Below are positions 48,510-58,201 of a DNA stretch of 64,000 bases, piece by piece. The DNA comes from a virus (Duplodnaviria > Caudoviricetes). How positions within the stretch are numbered: the first letter of the stretch is position 1; each line of letters begins with the position of its first letter. The position numbers and the translations under genes are program-made. The notes under the pieces are model-generated. The model was not told the DNA's origin, searched no databases, and saw nothing but the letters and a program-made list of their open reading frames with translations. The stretch is taken from IMG/VR virus record IMGVR_UViG_3300035390_000014, positions 32,001-96,000 of that record; one strand, 5' to 3'.

Positions 48510-49994
48510 ATGACTACTGGAAATGATAAGTTTCATTATCAATTTATACATAATGTATTTGGATGTTTTATTGAAAATACATTAGACTATTTCGCTGATT
48601 ATCTTTATCCAAGATTCCAACATAAAGTCGTTGGTACATATGATAAAGCAGTAGAATATATAACTAAAAAAGATGAACTTGGGAGAGAGGGCGACAAACC
48701 TAATCTCCCTGCATTAATCTTAAACCCAACTGGTGATTTTAATTTAGATGATCCTAATTCTCTTGCACATCAATTTTGGAGATTTCCTCATTTAGCGCCA
48801 GGTCAAGCTGCTGGTTTATTTGACCCAATATATAAAGATAATAATATAGAAATTTCTGTAGCTTTTACTCGATTAAAAGGTGAGATCGAATTATTAGCTC
48901 TATTACCATCATTTTATGAATACTTTGATTTAAAAATATATTTTATTCAAATGTTTGGTGGTGAAGGTAGATATATAGAACCAATGTATTTTAATGATTT
49001 TTTAATTTTACCACCAGAGTTAGTTAATTACCAATATACAAATGATGCTACTGGAGATTCTTATAAACTTGATTGGTCAAATAATGCATATGATTTCTTA
49101 GTTAAAACAACTAATAAAAATGAATTAGTTATTCCTGGTAAAGTAAAACCAAGATATGTATTAAGAGGAATGTCGGATGGTTCTACAAGATATGGTGGGG
49201 CAGATGATTTAGCTAGTTGGAGATTAAGTACAATTGTTGAATATGAAATTGAAATTCCTTCATTTATAATTCTTCAATCTAATGGTGTTATAGAAAATGT
49301 TGATTTCAATATAAACTACGGATCTGTTTATTCTACTAATTCAGAATATAATATACCGAAAGTTCCAGAGTTTCAAGAAGTTATAGAGGCTCATTTAGAT
49401 TCTGGTTTACAAGAAAATAAAAATACTATTGTAAATCCAAACATGAATCCAAGTATTGAAGGTGACCTAACTCCACCTTCTAATGATATGGAGGATGCTA
49501 ATATTCCTCCGGAACCAGCAACACCTAATTTCCAAGAAACTCCACCAACTGGCGGGATCTGTTCTGGAGAAAAAATTATCCGTAGTTTAGAATTTAAAAA
49601 TAGATATTTTCATAAAGTAACTCAAGCTCAATCAGATTCTACTTCAGATATTTTAATTACTTTACCTGAAAAAATATATGACACAACATTATTAAAAGTT
49701 CAATCTAAACATGGTCTAATGGAATATGGAGATCATTATATTATAGAAAATGCTGGAAAAGATTTAAAAATATTAGTTGAAAATGTATTTTTAGATGCTG
49801 GTGATATGCTTGAATTATTTGTATATGATGTTCCATTTAAAGCTTCATCCCAAATATTTATTCTTGGAGCAGCATCTACAATTTCAACAACTGATGAAAC
49901 TCCATTTAGATCTTCAATGATTGTTGAGTGGGCACTTACTGGTACTTCTAAATGTGTTGCTGCAGAACAAAAACCTAATATAACAATAGGATGA
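48510..49994 (+). CDS. Hypothetical protein, possibly tail completion/structural
   Basis: 494 aa, beta-rich, with a Pro-rich linker; function tentative. Confidence 0.5.
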   Translation: MTTGNDKFHYQFIHNVFGCFIENTLDYFADYLYPRFQHKVVGTYDKAVEYITKKDELGREGDKPNLPALILNPTGDFNLDDPNSLAHQFWRFPHLAPGQAAGLFDPIYKDNNIEISVAFTRLKGEIELLALLPSFYEYFDLKIYFIQMFGGEGRYIEPMYFNDFLILPPELVNYQYTNDATGDSYKLDWSNNAYDFLVKTTNKNELVIPGKVKPRYVLRGMSDGSTRYGGADDLASWRLSTIVEYEIEIPSFIILQSNGVIENVDFNINYGSVYSTNSEYNIPKVPEFQEVIEAHLDSGLQENKNTIVNPNMNPSIEGDLTPPSNDMEDANIPPEPATPNFQETPPTGGICSGEKIIRSLEFKNRYFHKVTQAQSDSTSDILITLPEKIYDTTLLKVQSKHGLMEYGDHYIIENAGKDLKILVENVFLDAGDMLELFVYDVPFKASSQIFILGAASTISTTDETPFRSSMIVEWALTGTSKCVAAEQKPNITIG

Positions 49995-49998
49995 TATT

Positions 49999-50286
49999 AT
50001 GACTGAGAATAAAGAATTTATACATTTTTGCGATAATCCAAATTGTCCGAATCATAAATTAGAAATGAACTATGAAAGACATTATCATGTTAATATAGAT
50101 GAAGGTGCAACTGGTGGTATATGTGGTATATTAAAAACTCATTTATATTTTTATAAAAAAACGATTCCGGTAAATGCTACATTCATGTCAAGAGGTGTAT
50201 CTCATACAGTAATTACAAATGAGTTTAACTTATGTGATATTTGTAAATCAGCAATAGATTTATATAAGGAAAAGATGGATGAATAA
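49999..50286 (+). CDS. Small Cys/His-rich hypothetical protein
   Basis: CDNPNC...CDIC. Confidence 0.7.
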   Translation: MTENKEFIHFCDNPNCPNHKLEMNYERHYHVNIDEGATGGICGILKTHLYFYKKTIPVNATFMSRGVSHTVITNEFNLCDICKSAIDLYKEKMDE

Positions 50287-51094
50287 TTCAAAATTATTAG
50301 AACAAATATATAATACTGATAAAGTTGAAAAGAAAGTAAATGTTTCTGGTGGTATTATTTTTAAAGAACAAGATGATGAAAAACCAGCGCTACTTCTTAT
50401 TCAAAGAGCTAAAGATGACCATTGGCCAAACTTCTTTGAGTTTCCTCGTGGAAAATGTGATGATGGTCCCAATGAAGGATTGATATCTTGTTTAAAAAGA
50501 GAAATAAAAGAAGAGACTGGTTTGGATATTATTCCGTTGAAATTTATTGATAAATTCTCATATACTGCAGATGAAGGAAAAAGACTTTCTACACAACATA
50601 ATTATTTATGTAAAATGAAAGATCCAGATCAAAAAATAAAACTTTCAAAAGAACATCAAGGGTTTCAATGGATTACAACACCTGGTGAAGCCGAAATGAT
50701 TGTACTCCCTGAAATGAAAAGAGCTATAATAAAAGCATTTGAAATGATTGATCCTGATACTCAAATAGTTAATTATCCAGAAAATGATTTTACCCCAAAC
50801 GGGACAATTGAGGAAAATATTATGAACCTTCAAGAAAAAATAAAACATTCAGAATACTTAGTTGATAAATATATAAATGAAGCTGGTGGCGCTGAACTTG
50901 TTAATGCAGGAGCATATGCGGCATCTTCTGCAGCAGCAGTTTCAGGTGAATTGCGTAGAGGTTACGACTGGGTTCAACAAAAAATTAAAGAAAGAAATAG
51001 AAAAAGAATGATAGCTAAACAAGAAAAAGAAAAAATGAAGAAAGAGAAAGAGAGACTAGCTATGAAAAATAAAAATAGAGGCAATATAGCTTAA
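50279..51094 (+). CDS. Nudix hydrolase fused to an Ala-rich/basic tail
   Basis: LLIQRA, FPRG...E...KREIKEETGL Nudix box; tail LVDKYINE/AGG... Confidence 0.88.
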   Translation: MNNSKLLEQIYNTDKVEKKVNVSGGIIFKEQDDEKPALLLIQRAKDDHWPNFFEFPRGKCDDGPNEGLISCLKREIKEETGLDIIPLKFIDKFSYTADEGKRLSTQHNYLCKMKDPDQKIKLSKEHQGFQWITTPGEAEMIVLPEMKRAIIKAFEMIDPDTQIVNYPENDFTPNGTIEENIMNLQEKIKHSEYLVDKYINEAGGAELVNAGAYAASSAAAVSGELRRGYDWVQQKIKERNRKRMIAKQEKEKMKKEKERLAMKNKNRGNIA

Positions 51095-51116
51095 ACATAT
51101 ATAGGAGTATAATGTT

Positions 51117-52052
51117 ATGGACAAAATACAAAAAGCACAAGATTTAGCTGATATGTTATTAGATGAAATGGAAATTAAACAGGTTGGTGGTGATAAAGGT
51201 GCATTAAAAGATGAACCAGAATCTATTAAAAAATCTGAAGATGATTTAGAAGATTATGTAGAGATGAAAGAATCTGATGAACTTTTAGAAGATGAAGTGG
51301 TTGAAGAAGGTTTATTTAAAAATAAAAATAATCCTGCTCGAAAAAATTCTTTTAATGATTTATATAAAAAAGGTATGAAGAGATTAAAAGATGGTCCTCC
51401 TAAAAAGAAAGTAAAAGAAGAGGCTCAAATTTCGAGTATGGTTGATAATCTAGCAACATATTTGGGCGAAGCTTCTTTAGGTGCTAAAATACAACGTGGT
51501 ATAGCAAGAAATGATAAGAATTATGAAGAGGGAAACGATATGGATCCCACTGCTAAAGCTAATGCTAAAAAACGAAAAGAAGAAAAAACAGTAAAAGAAG
51601 GTATTTTACCATATAAAAAAGTATCAAGAGATATAGAACAGATTAAAGATCATGAATTAGGTAGAAGAGGTTTTGAGAATTCTTATGGTGGTAATACAAA
51701 ATCAAAATGGGGTCCACAAAATAAAAAACGAGAATACATGACTAAAAAAATGAATGATTATAAAAAAAAGATGATTGATAAACCTATGGATTCTTTTAAA
51801 AAGAAACATAATATAAAAGAAGCTGATCAAGTAGCTACTGCTCAACAAAAAAATACTCTTTTTGATAAACTTGAAAGAGTGGTTAAAGATTCTGGTAAAT
51901 TGAAACCTACTATCACTACCGAACCTACCACAGAAGGATCTTTAAAAAATATTCAAGATTGGGGTAAAAAGATAATGATGGGAAAGAGAAAGAAAGGTTT
52001 AAAAATTACTCAAAAAAGAGATAAGGCATTAAAGGATACAGCAGAGGGTTAA
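51117..52052 (+). CDS. Predicted head-internal/core protein with multiple protease-like sites
   Basis: VEE/G, YLGE/A, VKE/G, IKE/A, TTE/G separating basic segments. Confidence 0.6.
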   Translation: MDKIQKAQDLADMLLDEMEIKQVGGDKGALKDEPESIKKSEDDLEDYVEMKESDELLEDEVVEEGLFKNKNNPARKNSFNDLYKKGMKRLKDGPPKKKVKEEAQISSMVDNLATYLGEASLGAKIQRGIARNDKNYEEGNDMDPTAKANAKKRKEEKTVKEGILPYKKVSRDIEQIKDHELGRRGFENSYGGNTKSKWGPQNKKREYMTKKMNDYKKKMIDKPMDSFKKKHNIKEADQVATAQQKNTLFDKLERVVKDSGKLKPTITTEPTTEGSLKNIQDWGKKIMMGKRKKGLKITQKRDKALKDTAEG

Positions 52053-52076
52053 TTAATAATTTAATGAGGTGAATCC

Positions 52077-53321
52077 GTGAAAGAGTTTAACTTTGAAAAG
52101 CAGAAAATTAATAGCAAACACGTTTCAGATTTGGATTTAAAAAAACTAGGTTTGTCTGTTGAATTTACTAAACCAGTAGATTCAATAGACGAACTTAGAA
52201 ATAATAAATTTAATATTGTTATATGTGAATGTGTTTCTAATGCGCCATTTACTCAAAATAAATTTAAAAAACAAATTTTAAAGAAGAAACAAAAATATGT
52301 TATGAGTAGTAATATCTATCAACAACTTTGGTATGATATTTATAGAAAGAAAAAAATTCTAAAACCTGCTGGTCCAAAATTTAATAATTTATATAGACCT
52401 TATATTGGACAAAACCTTGATAATAAAACTCTTCTTGTTTCTCGTACCGGTGGTATAGGAGACCTTCTGTTCATTCAACCCAATCTAATATATCTAAAAG
52501 AAAAATACCCAACCTGTAAAATAAAATTTGCCTGTGGTCCGCAATATCAAGATATGGTTAAGTATTGGGATTGTGTTGATGTTCTTTTAGATTTACCTCA
52601 TACACTTAATCATTTTTTACAAGCAGATTACCATGCTTATTTTGAAGGTGTTGTAGAAAGATGTAACGAATCTCATTCAGTAAATGTTTATAATCTATTT
52701 AGTAGATGGTTAGGACTTGATCTACCAGATGATAAACTTATACCAATACAACATCCAGATAATTTAAAAATGGCTATTTGCGATAGATTTCTAAGTGATC
52801 ATAATATTGAAAAAAATAGAATGTTATTATTTCAAATGAGAGCATCGTCTCCTATTAGAACTCCACGCCCTGGTATTTGGAAAGATTTAATGTTAAAGTT
52901 AGTTGATAAAGGATATCAAATTGTTATAACTGACGATCCTTTATTTTCAAAAAACATTGAATTATTTAGAAGTCTTGTTAAATCAGATCAAGTATTTAAC
53001 TTCTCAACTTTTTCACAATCTCTTGATTTTACAATTGCTATGGCCGCATTATCTAAATGTTGTGTATCAACCGATTCATCATTAATACATATAGCGGCTA
53101 GTTTAGGAGTACCAGCTTTTGGTATATACGGACCATTTCCTGGTGAAATTAGATTGACCACATATAACAAAGTAGATTGGATCAACGCTAAAAGTGAATG
53201 CACCCCTTGTTTTCAACATGGTTCAAATCCTTGTAAAAACTCCATTAATGGACATTCAAAATGTTATGATAATATAGACCTAGATGAATGTGTAACTAAA
53301 ATAGAGAGGTTAATATCATGA
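52077..53321 (+). CDS. GT9-like glycosyltransferase (heptosyltransferase fold)
   Basis: SRTGGIGDLLF...LKEKYP; STDSSLIHIAASLGVPAFGIYGP. Confidence 0.85.
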   Translation: MKEFNFEKQKINSKHVSDLDLKKLGLSVEFTKPVDSIDELRNNKFNIVICECVSNAPFTQNKFKKQILKKKQKYVMSSNIYQQLWYDIYRKKKILKPAGPKFNNLYRPYIGQNLDNKTLLVSRTGGIGDLLFIQPNLIYLKEKYPTCKIKFACGPQYQDMVKYWDCVDVLLDLPHTLNHFLQADYHAYFEGVVERCNESHSVNVYNLFSRWLGLDLPDDKLIPIQHPDNLKMAICDRFLSDHNIEKNRMLLFQMRASSPIRTPRPGIWKDLMLKLVDKGYQIVITDDPLFSKNIELFRSLVKSDQVFNFSTFSQSLDFTIAMAALSKCCVSTDSSLIHIAASLGVPAFGIYGPFPGEIRLTTYNKVDWINAKSECTPCFQHGSNPCKNSINGHSKCYDNIDLDECVTKIERLIS

Positions 53322-53503
53322 GAAGAAGTGTTTACGAATTAACACCAAAAGAATTTAAAGAACATGTTAAAAATTCTTTAGCGTGTGAAGGTTATACCAA
53401 TAAAAATGAAATGTTAGTAAGAGCTGTTGAAATAATTGAAGAAAAATCCAGACTTATTGAGGTATTAATAAATGATAAAAATAGCAATAACTGTAAGAAA
53501 TAG
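53318..53503 (+). CDS. Small hypothetical protein
   Basis: 61 aa, ATGA-coupled. Confidence 0.6.
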   Translation: MRRSVYELTPKEFKEHVKNSLACEGYTNKNEMLVRAVEIIEEKSRLIEVLINDKNSNNCKK

Positions 53504-54332
53504 ATTAGGTATAACCAAAAAATGTATAGAAGCTCTATTACGACATTCAACTATACCACATCAAATTTATATATATGATAATTTAACAGATTATAAACTA
53601 GAAAATCATTTTGCTTTCTATCATGAATTATTAAAAAAGAAATTAATCCATCAAGTAACATTTAATACAAATGAGTCTTGTTATGGTGCATTTTCTAAAG
53701 CTATATCATTAAATCAATTTGGGTTAAATCATGAGAATGATCCTGAAAAAGATAAATGCGAAATGTTAGTTACTCTTGATAATGATGTAATTGTAATGCC
53801 TGGATGGGATAAAATTTTAAGAGATTCATTTATACATATAAACCAATATAAAATTAAAAATATTTATGTTATAGGACAATATTTAGGTGGTGCTATAAAA
53901 TATGGACAATGGTTAGATAAAGATATAGCTGGTTATAAAGCTTATCATGGAAAATTAGGTGGTAGTTGTTTATGGGCTTCTAAAACTGATTTTTATGATA
54001 AAGTTGGTTTTTTGGATCCAAAACCTTTAGTTGGTTTTAATAAAAAACATGATCAACATTATTGGACCCAAATGGAAACAATAACAAATGGTGGTCCATA
54101 TATTTTAGGATTAGATGCTCCTTTATTTTTATATGGTGGACATATTGCAGGTAGTGTTTGTAATGTAATTGGATTTGGTAATAATGATGCTAAATTAAAG
54201 AAAATTCAATATAGAGAAAACGATGAAAAAATTAAATCTAAATCATTTTCAGAATTTTATGAAATACTTTATAAAGAATATGAACAAACCTTAAAAGATA
54301 AAGTAATTAAAAAAATGAGAGGTGGTATATGA
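53472..54332 (+). CDS. GT2-like glycosyltransferase
   Basis: IAITVRNRLGITKKCIEAL...IYIYDN; TLDND (DxD). Confidence 0.8.
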   Translation: MIKIAITVRNRLGITKKCIEALLRHSTIPHQIYIYDNLTDYKLENHFAFYHELLKKKLIHQVTFNTNESCYGAFSKAISLNQFGLNHENDPEKDKCEMLVTLDNDVIVMPGWDKILRDSFIHINQYKIKNIYVIGQYLGGAIKYGQWLDKDIAGYKAYHGKLGGSCLWASKTDFYDKVGFLDPKPLVGFNKKHDQHYWTQMETITNGGPYILGLDAPLFLYGGHIAGSVCNVIGFGNNDAKLKKIQYRENDEKIKSKSFSEFYEILYKEYEQTLKDKVIKKMRGGI

Positions 54333-54919
54333 GTGCTATGATTAATTTTTTATTGGAAGCTAATTTATCACCGGATGATAAAAAACTTCAAAGAGTTCTT
54401 ATGATGATGGCTGATACTTTTGACAAGGAGCCATTAAATAGAGATCTTAAAAGAGTTACAAATGACCAATTAAGAAAGGTTTATAAAGAAAATAATCTTA
54501 AAAAAGTAAATCATTTAGATTTAGTTGATAAACTACATATTGATAAAAATAAAGCATTGATAATAGGTAGTAGTGTATTAGTTGTTTGCGATGTTGTTAA
54601 AGAAAATGATGATATTGATTTAGTTGTTACTCAACCAGTTTTTAATAAAGCAGCTAAAAATATAAATACAATAAAAACATATAAACGAGAATATAATAAA
54701 GTATTTTATCAAACACCACATCAAGAATTAGAATTAGCAGTAAATTTTCAAATTTTAAATACTACAACTGAAAAACTTATAGACCGAGCTGTTAATATTA
54801 AAGGTTATAATTTTATGAGTTTGAGAGATACTTATAGAATGTATAGGATATTAGATAGACCTAAAGATGTTGAAAAACTTAGAAAACTTAAGAAGATATT
54901 TTCACAAGGACATTTGTAA
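54329..54919 (+). CDS. Nucleotidyltransferase (Pol beta superfamily)
   Basis: IIGSSVL...NDDIDLVV (GS plus DxD) and C-terminal RPKD; N-terminal NFLLE/A. Confidence 0.7.
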   Translation: MSAMINFLLEANLSPDDKKLQRVLMMMADTFDKEPLNRDLKRVTNDQLRKVYKENNLKKVNHLDLVDKLHIDKNKALIIGSSVLVVCDVVKENDDIDLVVTQPVFNKAAKNINTIKTYKREYNKVFYQTPHQELELAVNFQILNTTTEKLIDRAVNIKGYNFMSLRDTYRMYRILDRPKDVEKLRKLKKIFSQGHL

Positions 54920-54934
54920 TAAAAAGGGTGAATA

Positions 54935-55828
54935 ATGAAAGAAGATGCTATACTTACGTTTCATGTTGGTGAATTTGGTTGGGAACTCCTTCGCTTCTGT
55001 CCACATGTATTATGGAATTATAGAATAAAATATAAAAGAAAAGTCAAACTAATAGTTTGTAGTAGACAAGAAAGATATGATTTATATGGAAAAGATGTAG
55101 ACGTCTTTCATCCATTTACATTGGATGAGCCTGGTATGAAACAAGATTGTTTTAAATTAACTGGTTTTAGAGATCAAGATTACTATGATTATTTAAATAC
55201 AATAGTTCAATTATATTCTAAAAAATATAATATAATTGATAAAATATATCCAAGCATTGAAAATAGAAAATATACTCAAAGAACTCAATTACCTATGAAT
55301 CAAATGGATTATAATTTTAATGTAAGAGAAAGTAATAAAGATATATACAAGTTTATGTATAAAAATGATAAACCTTCAATTGTTATAGCTCCGAGATATA
55401 GAGAAGGTGTTAAGAGAAATTGGCCACATTGGAAAGAATTTTATGATTTAATAGAACCATATAAAAAATATTTTAATTTTATAATATGTGGCAAAGAACC
55501 TGATGTAATATTGGATGATAGATATTATAAAGCAACATATGCTAATCCAGATTGGGATCATGAAGAAGAGTGGAGTTTAGTTGGGGTTATAATAGAAATA
55601 ATAAAAAATTCTGTTTTGACGATTGGTTCACAATCAGGAATTCCTAACCTTTCAAATCTTTTAGGAACTCCTACCTTACAGTGGGGACATGAAAGACATG
55701 AACATTCTAAAACTTATAATGTCAAAAATACGGAAACTATTTATATTGATGATCCTCTATATAACATTGATCCACATAAAATTATCAAAGAAATGACTAA
55801 ATTTTTAAAAGGAAAAGGACTAGTATGA
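54935..55828 (+). CDS. GT-B/GT9-like glycosyltransferase
   Basis: GEFGWEL; IVIAPR...RNWPHW; IGSQSGIPNLSNLLGTPT. Confidence 0.65.
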   Translation: MKEDAILTFHVGEFGWELLRFCPHVLWNYRIKYKRKVKLIVCSRQERYDLYGKDVDVFHPFTLDEPGMKQDCFKLTGFRDQDYYDYLNTIVQLYSKKYNIIDKIYPSIENRKYTQRTQLPMNQMDYNFNVRESNKDIYKFMYKNDKPSIVIAPRYREGVKRNWPHWKEFYDLIEPYKKYFNFIICGKEPDVILDDRYYKATYANPDWDHEEEWSLVGVIIEIIKNSVLTIGSQSGIPNLSNLLGTPTLQWGHERHEHSKTYNVKNTETIYIDDPLYNIDPHKIIKEMTKFLKGKGLV

Positions 55829-56271
55829 GAATTTTTATAGATATGGATAATACCATATGTAATTATATGAAAAAAAGAGAACAAGTGATACAAGCGTTAC
55901 CATCTATTAAATATCCTCAATCATTACCTAAATTTTTTGAAGATATGGAACCAATGAATGATGCTATAGAAGTAGTTAATTGGTTAAGAAAAATTCATGA
56001 TGTATATATTTTATCAGCTCCATCTGGAAAGAATGTACTTTCTTATACAGAGAAAAGAGTTTGGGTTGAAAAATATTTTGATTATGATTTAGCAGAGAGA
56101 TTAATATTATCTAATTATAAAGATTTTTTGAAAGGTGATGTTTTAATTGATGATCACAAAGACGGAAAGGGTCAGGATAGGTTTGAAGGTGAGCTTATTT
56201 TATACGGCGGATTAAAGTACCCAACATGGATGAAAATTAAACAAAAATTTGAAAAAGGGGTAACAAAATGA
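55825..56271 (+). CDS. 5'(3')-deoxyribonucleotidase (HAD)
   Basis: IFIDMDNT, ILSAP, EKRVWVEKY, LIDD. Confidence 0.9.
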   Translation: MRIFIDMDNTICNYMKKREQVIQALPSIKYPQSLPKFFEDMEPMNDAIEVVNWLRKIHDVYILSAPSGKNVLSYTEKRVWVEKYFDYDLAERLILSNYKDFLKGDVLIDDHKDGKGQDRFEGELILYGGLKYPTWMKIKQKFEKGVTK

Positions 56272-56480
56272 GCAACAACCAATTTTTAAAAGATTACGGG
56301 CAAAGAGTTGAAGATATGAATTATACATTGCAAGAATGTATCATGTCAGGTTTTACTGATGGTAAATTAAATTTAGAAGAAGTTATGGAACTCTTTAGAG
56401 GGACTATTGCTGAGATTAAACAACTACAAGAAAAAGTAAATGCTTTATCAGAAGCTTTGAGGAATAATAATGAAAAATAA
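56268..56480 (+). CDS. Small hypothetical protein
   Basis: 70 aa, ATGA-coupled. Confidence 0.7.
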   Translation: MSNNQFLKDYGQRVEDMNYTLQECIMSGFTDGKLNLEEVMELFRGTIAEIKQLQEKVNALSEALRNNNEK

Positions 56481-56883
56481 AAGTTTGACATTAAAAGTTA
56501 AATCTGAAGATGTTGAAATTATTAGAGAAGAAGACAGTGTTACAATCCATATAAAAAATGATGTTGCTTTAAATATAATTATGGATGGTGGTGGGATGAT
56601 TCATTCAAAAGATGATTTTTTTATTGCAGCAGAAGGTGAGTTAGGTTTAATGTCCTTTGGCAAACCCTTAACTATTGATTCAGTTGATAGTGTAATCCAT
56701 CAAAATTATAGAGAATCAAAATTGTTAAAAGACTTACCTGAATCAATTGAATTTAGAAAAAGATGTGACGAAGAAAATCAAAAATGTATCACATTTGCAG
56801 TTGATCAAGAAGGATTTAATAGACTATTAAAAGACAGAGTTACTATACTAGAACAACAAATGAGTAAACTTTTAGGAGAATAA
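56470..56883 (+). CDS. Hypothetical protein
   Basis: 137 aa ORF. Confidence 0.7.
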   Translation: MKNKSLTLKVKSEDVEIIREEDSVTIHIKNDVALNIIMDGGGMIHSKDDFFIAAEGELGLMSFGKPLTIDSVDSVIHQNYRESKLLKDLPESIEFRKRCDEENQKCITFAVDQEGFNRLLKDRVTILEQQMSKLLGE

Positions 56884-56887
56884 TATA

Positions 56888-57175
56888 ATGCCAGGAGTAG
56901 CAAGAAAAGATGATGTTTGTACTGGGCATGGGTGTTATCCATCAAGACCAAATACTAGTTGGTCATCTGACACTTTTGTAAATGGGCGAAATGTTCACAG
57001 AAAAGGCGACTCTTGGGCTGCACATTGTTGAGGTATTCCATGCCATGGAGGTTCCCTGGCTAGCGGCTCAAGCACACATTTTACAAATGGTAAACAAACC
57101 GGAAGATGTGGTGATCCTGTTAGTTGTGGTTCCTCCGTTGCCTCATGCTCTGGAAATACAATAGTAGGTGGATAA
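56888..57175 (+). CDS. PAAR spike-tip protein (gp5.4-like) with in-frame TGA (57029-57031); candidate selenoprotein (95 aa)
   Basis: Missed by the ORF track. MPGVARKDDVCTGHGCYPSRP...FVNGRNVHRKGDSWAAHC[TGA]GIPCHGGSLASGSSTHFTNGKQTGRCGDPVSCGSSVASCSGNTIVGG; AGGAG RBS; TAA abuts the next ATG. Confidence 0.88.
57042..57060 (+). promoter_or_regulatory. Candidate bacterial-type SECIS element
   Basis: GCCA-U-GGA-GGU-UCC-C-UGGC; the GGU loop occupies nt 19-21 after the UGA. Confidence 0.6.
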
Positions 57176-58201
57176 ATGGATATCATATTTAATTGTTTGG
57201 ATAGTGGATTAGGTAATAATGGTGGATCAAGGACAATTGTTCGATCAGCTAACACTTTATATAAAATGGGTCATAATGTTTGTATATTAAATCCAGAACC
57301 AAAACGTGTAAGAATGGGAGAATATATATCTTCATCTTATACATGGGACAAAATAGAAGTTCCAGTTTTACATAATATTAATGATGTTAATGTTAATGAT
57401 GTTATTATAGCGACGGCATTTTCTACTGTTAAATCTACAATGGAAGCTCCAGAAAAATTTGGAAAAAAAGTTCATTGGATAAGAGGTTGGGAAACATGGT
57501 CTCACTCTGAAAATTGGATTAAAGAAAATGTTTTGAATCAACCAACATTAAAAATAGTTAATTCTATTTGTATGAAAGATAAATTAAAAGAACATGGTGT
57601 AGACTCTCATATTATTAGACCTGGTTATGATTTCCATGAATTTTATCCTTTAAACGTAAGACAAAATAATAAAGTATTAACTATTGGTTGTTTATATTCA
57701 AAAGGAACTAAACGAGAATCTAAAAGAGTTGATTGGATTTTTAGAGCTGTTAAAGAAATTAAAAAAAAGATGAAAGTACGTTTAATCATGTATGGTTCAG
57801 AAGGTAAACCATCTGTAAATGATCCATTTGATGTATTTAGACCATCTCCATCCAAACAAGCAAAAAATAATATATATAATCATTGTGATATTTGGTTAGC
57901 TCCTACATGCAATGATTCTTTACATATGCCCCCTGCTGAAGCAATGCAAGCAGAATGTTGTGTAGTTGGTACTGATGCTCCAATGAATGGAATGAAAGAT
58001 TATTTAATTAATGCAGAAACTGGAATTGAATCATTTAATACATATGAATCATTTAGAGATTGTATTATTTATTGTTTATTAGTTGGTGAAGAAACAAGAA
58101 TTAAATTTGGAAAAGCAGGTAGAAAAAAGATATTATCCTTAGGTACACGTGAATATAATATGAACATATTAATAAACTATATAGAGGATAATATGTCATG
58201 A
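57176..58201 (+). CDS. GT4-like glycosyltransferase
   Basis: GGSRTIVRSANTL...GHNV; PPAEAMQAECCVVGTD. Confidence 0.85.
   Translation: MDIIFNCLDSGLGNNGGSRTIVRSANTLYKMGHNVCILNPEPKRVRMGEYISSSYTWDKIEVPVLHNINDVNVNDVIIATAFSTVKSTMEAPEKFGKKVHWIRGWETWSHSENWIKENVLNQPTLKIVNSICMKDKLKEHGVDSHIIRPGYDFHEFYPLNVRQNNKVLTIGCLYSKGTKRESKRVDWIFRAVKEIKKKMKVRLIMYGSEGKPSVNDPFDVFRPSPSKQAKNNIYNHCDIWLAPTCNDSLHMPPAEAMQAECCVVGTDAPMNGMKDYLINAETGIESFNTYESFRDCIIYCLLVGEETRIKFGKAGRKKILSLGTREYNMNILINYIEDNMS

Noticed and set aside
56982-57255. Track ORFs 56982-57164 (+) and 56995-57255 (-)
   Set aside because: These are alternative-frame shadows of the PAAR gene, which explains the locus with RBS and tight packing.
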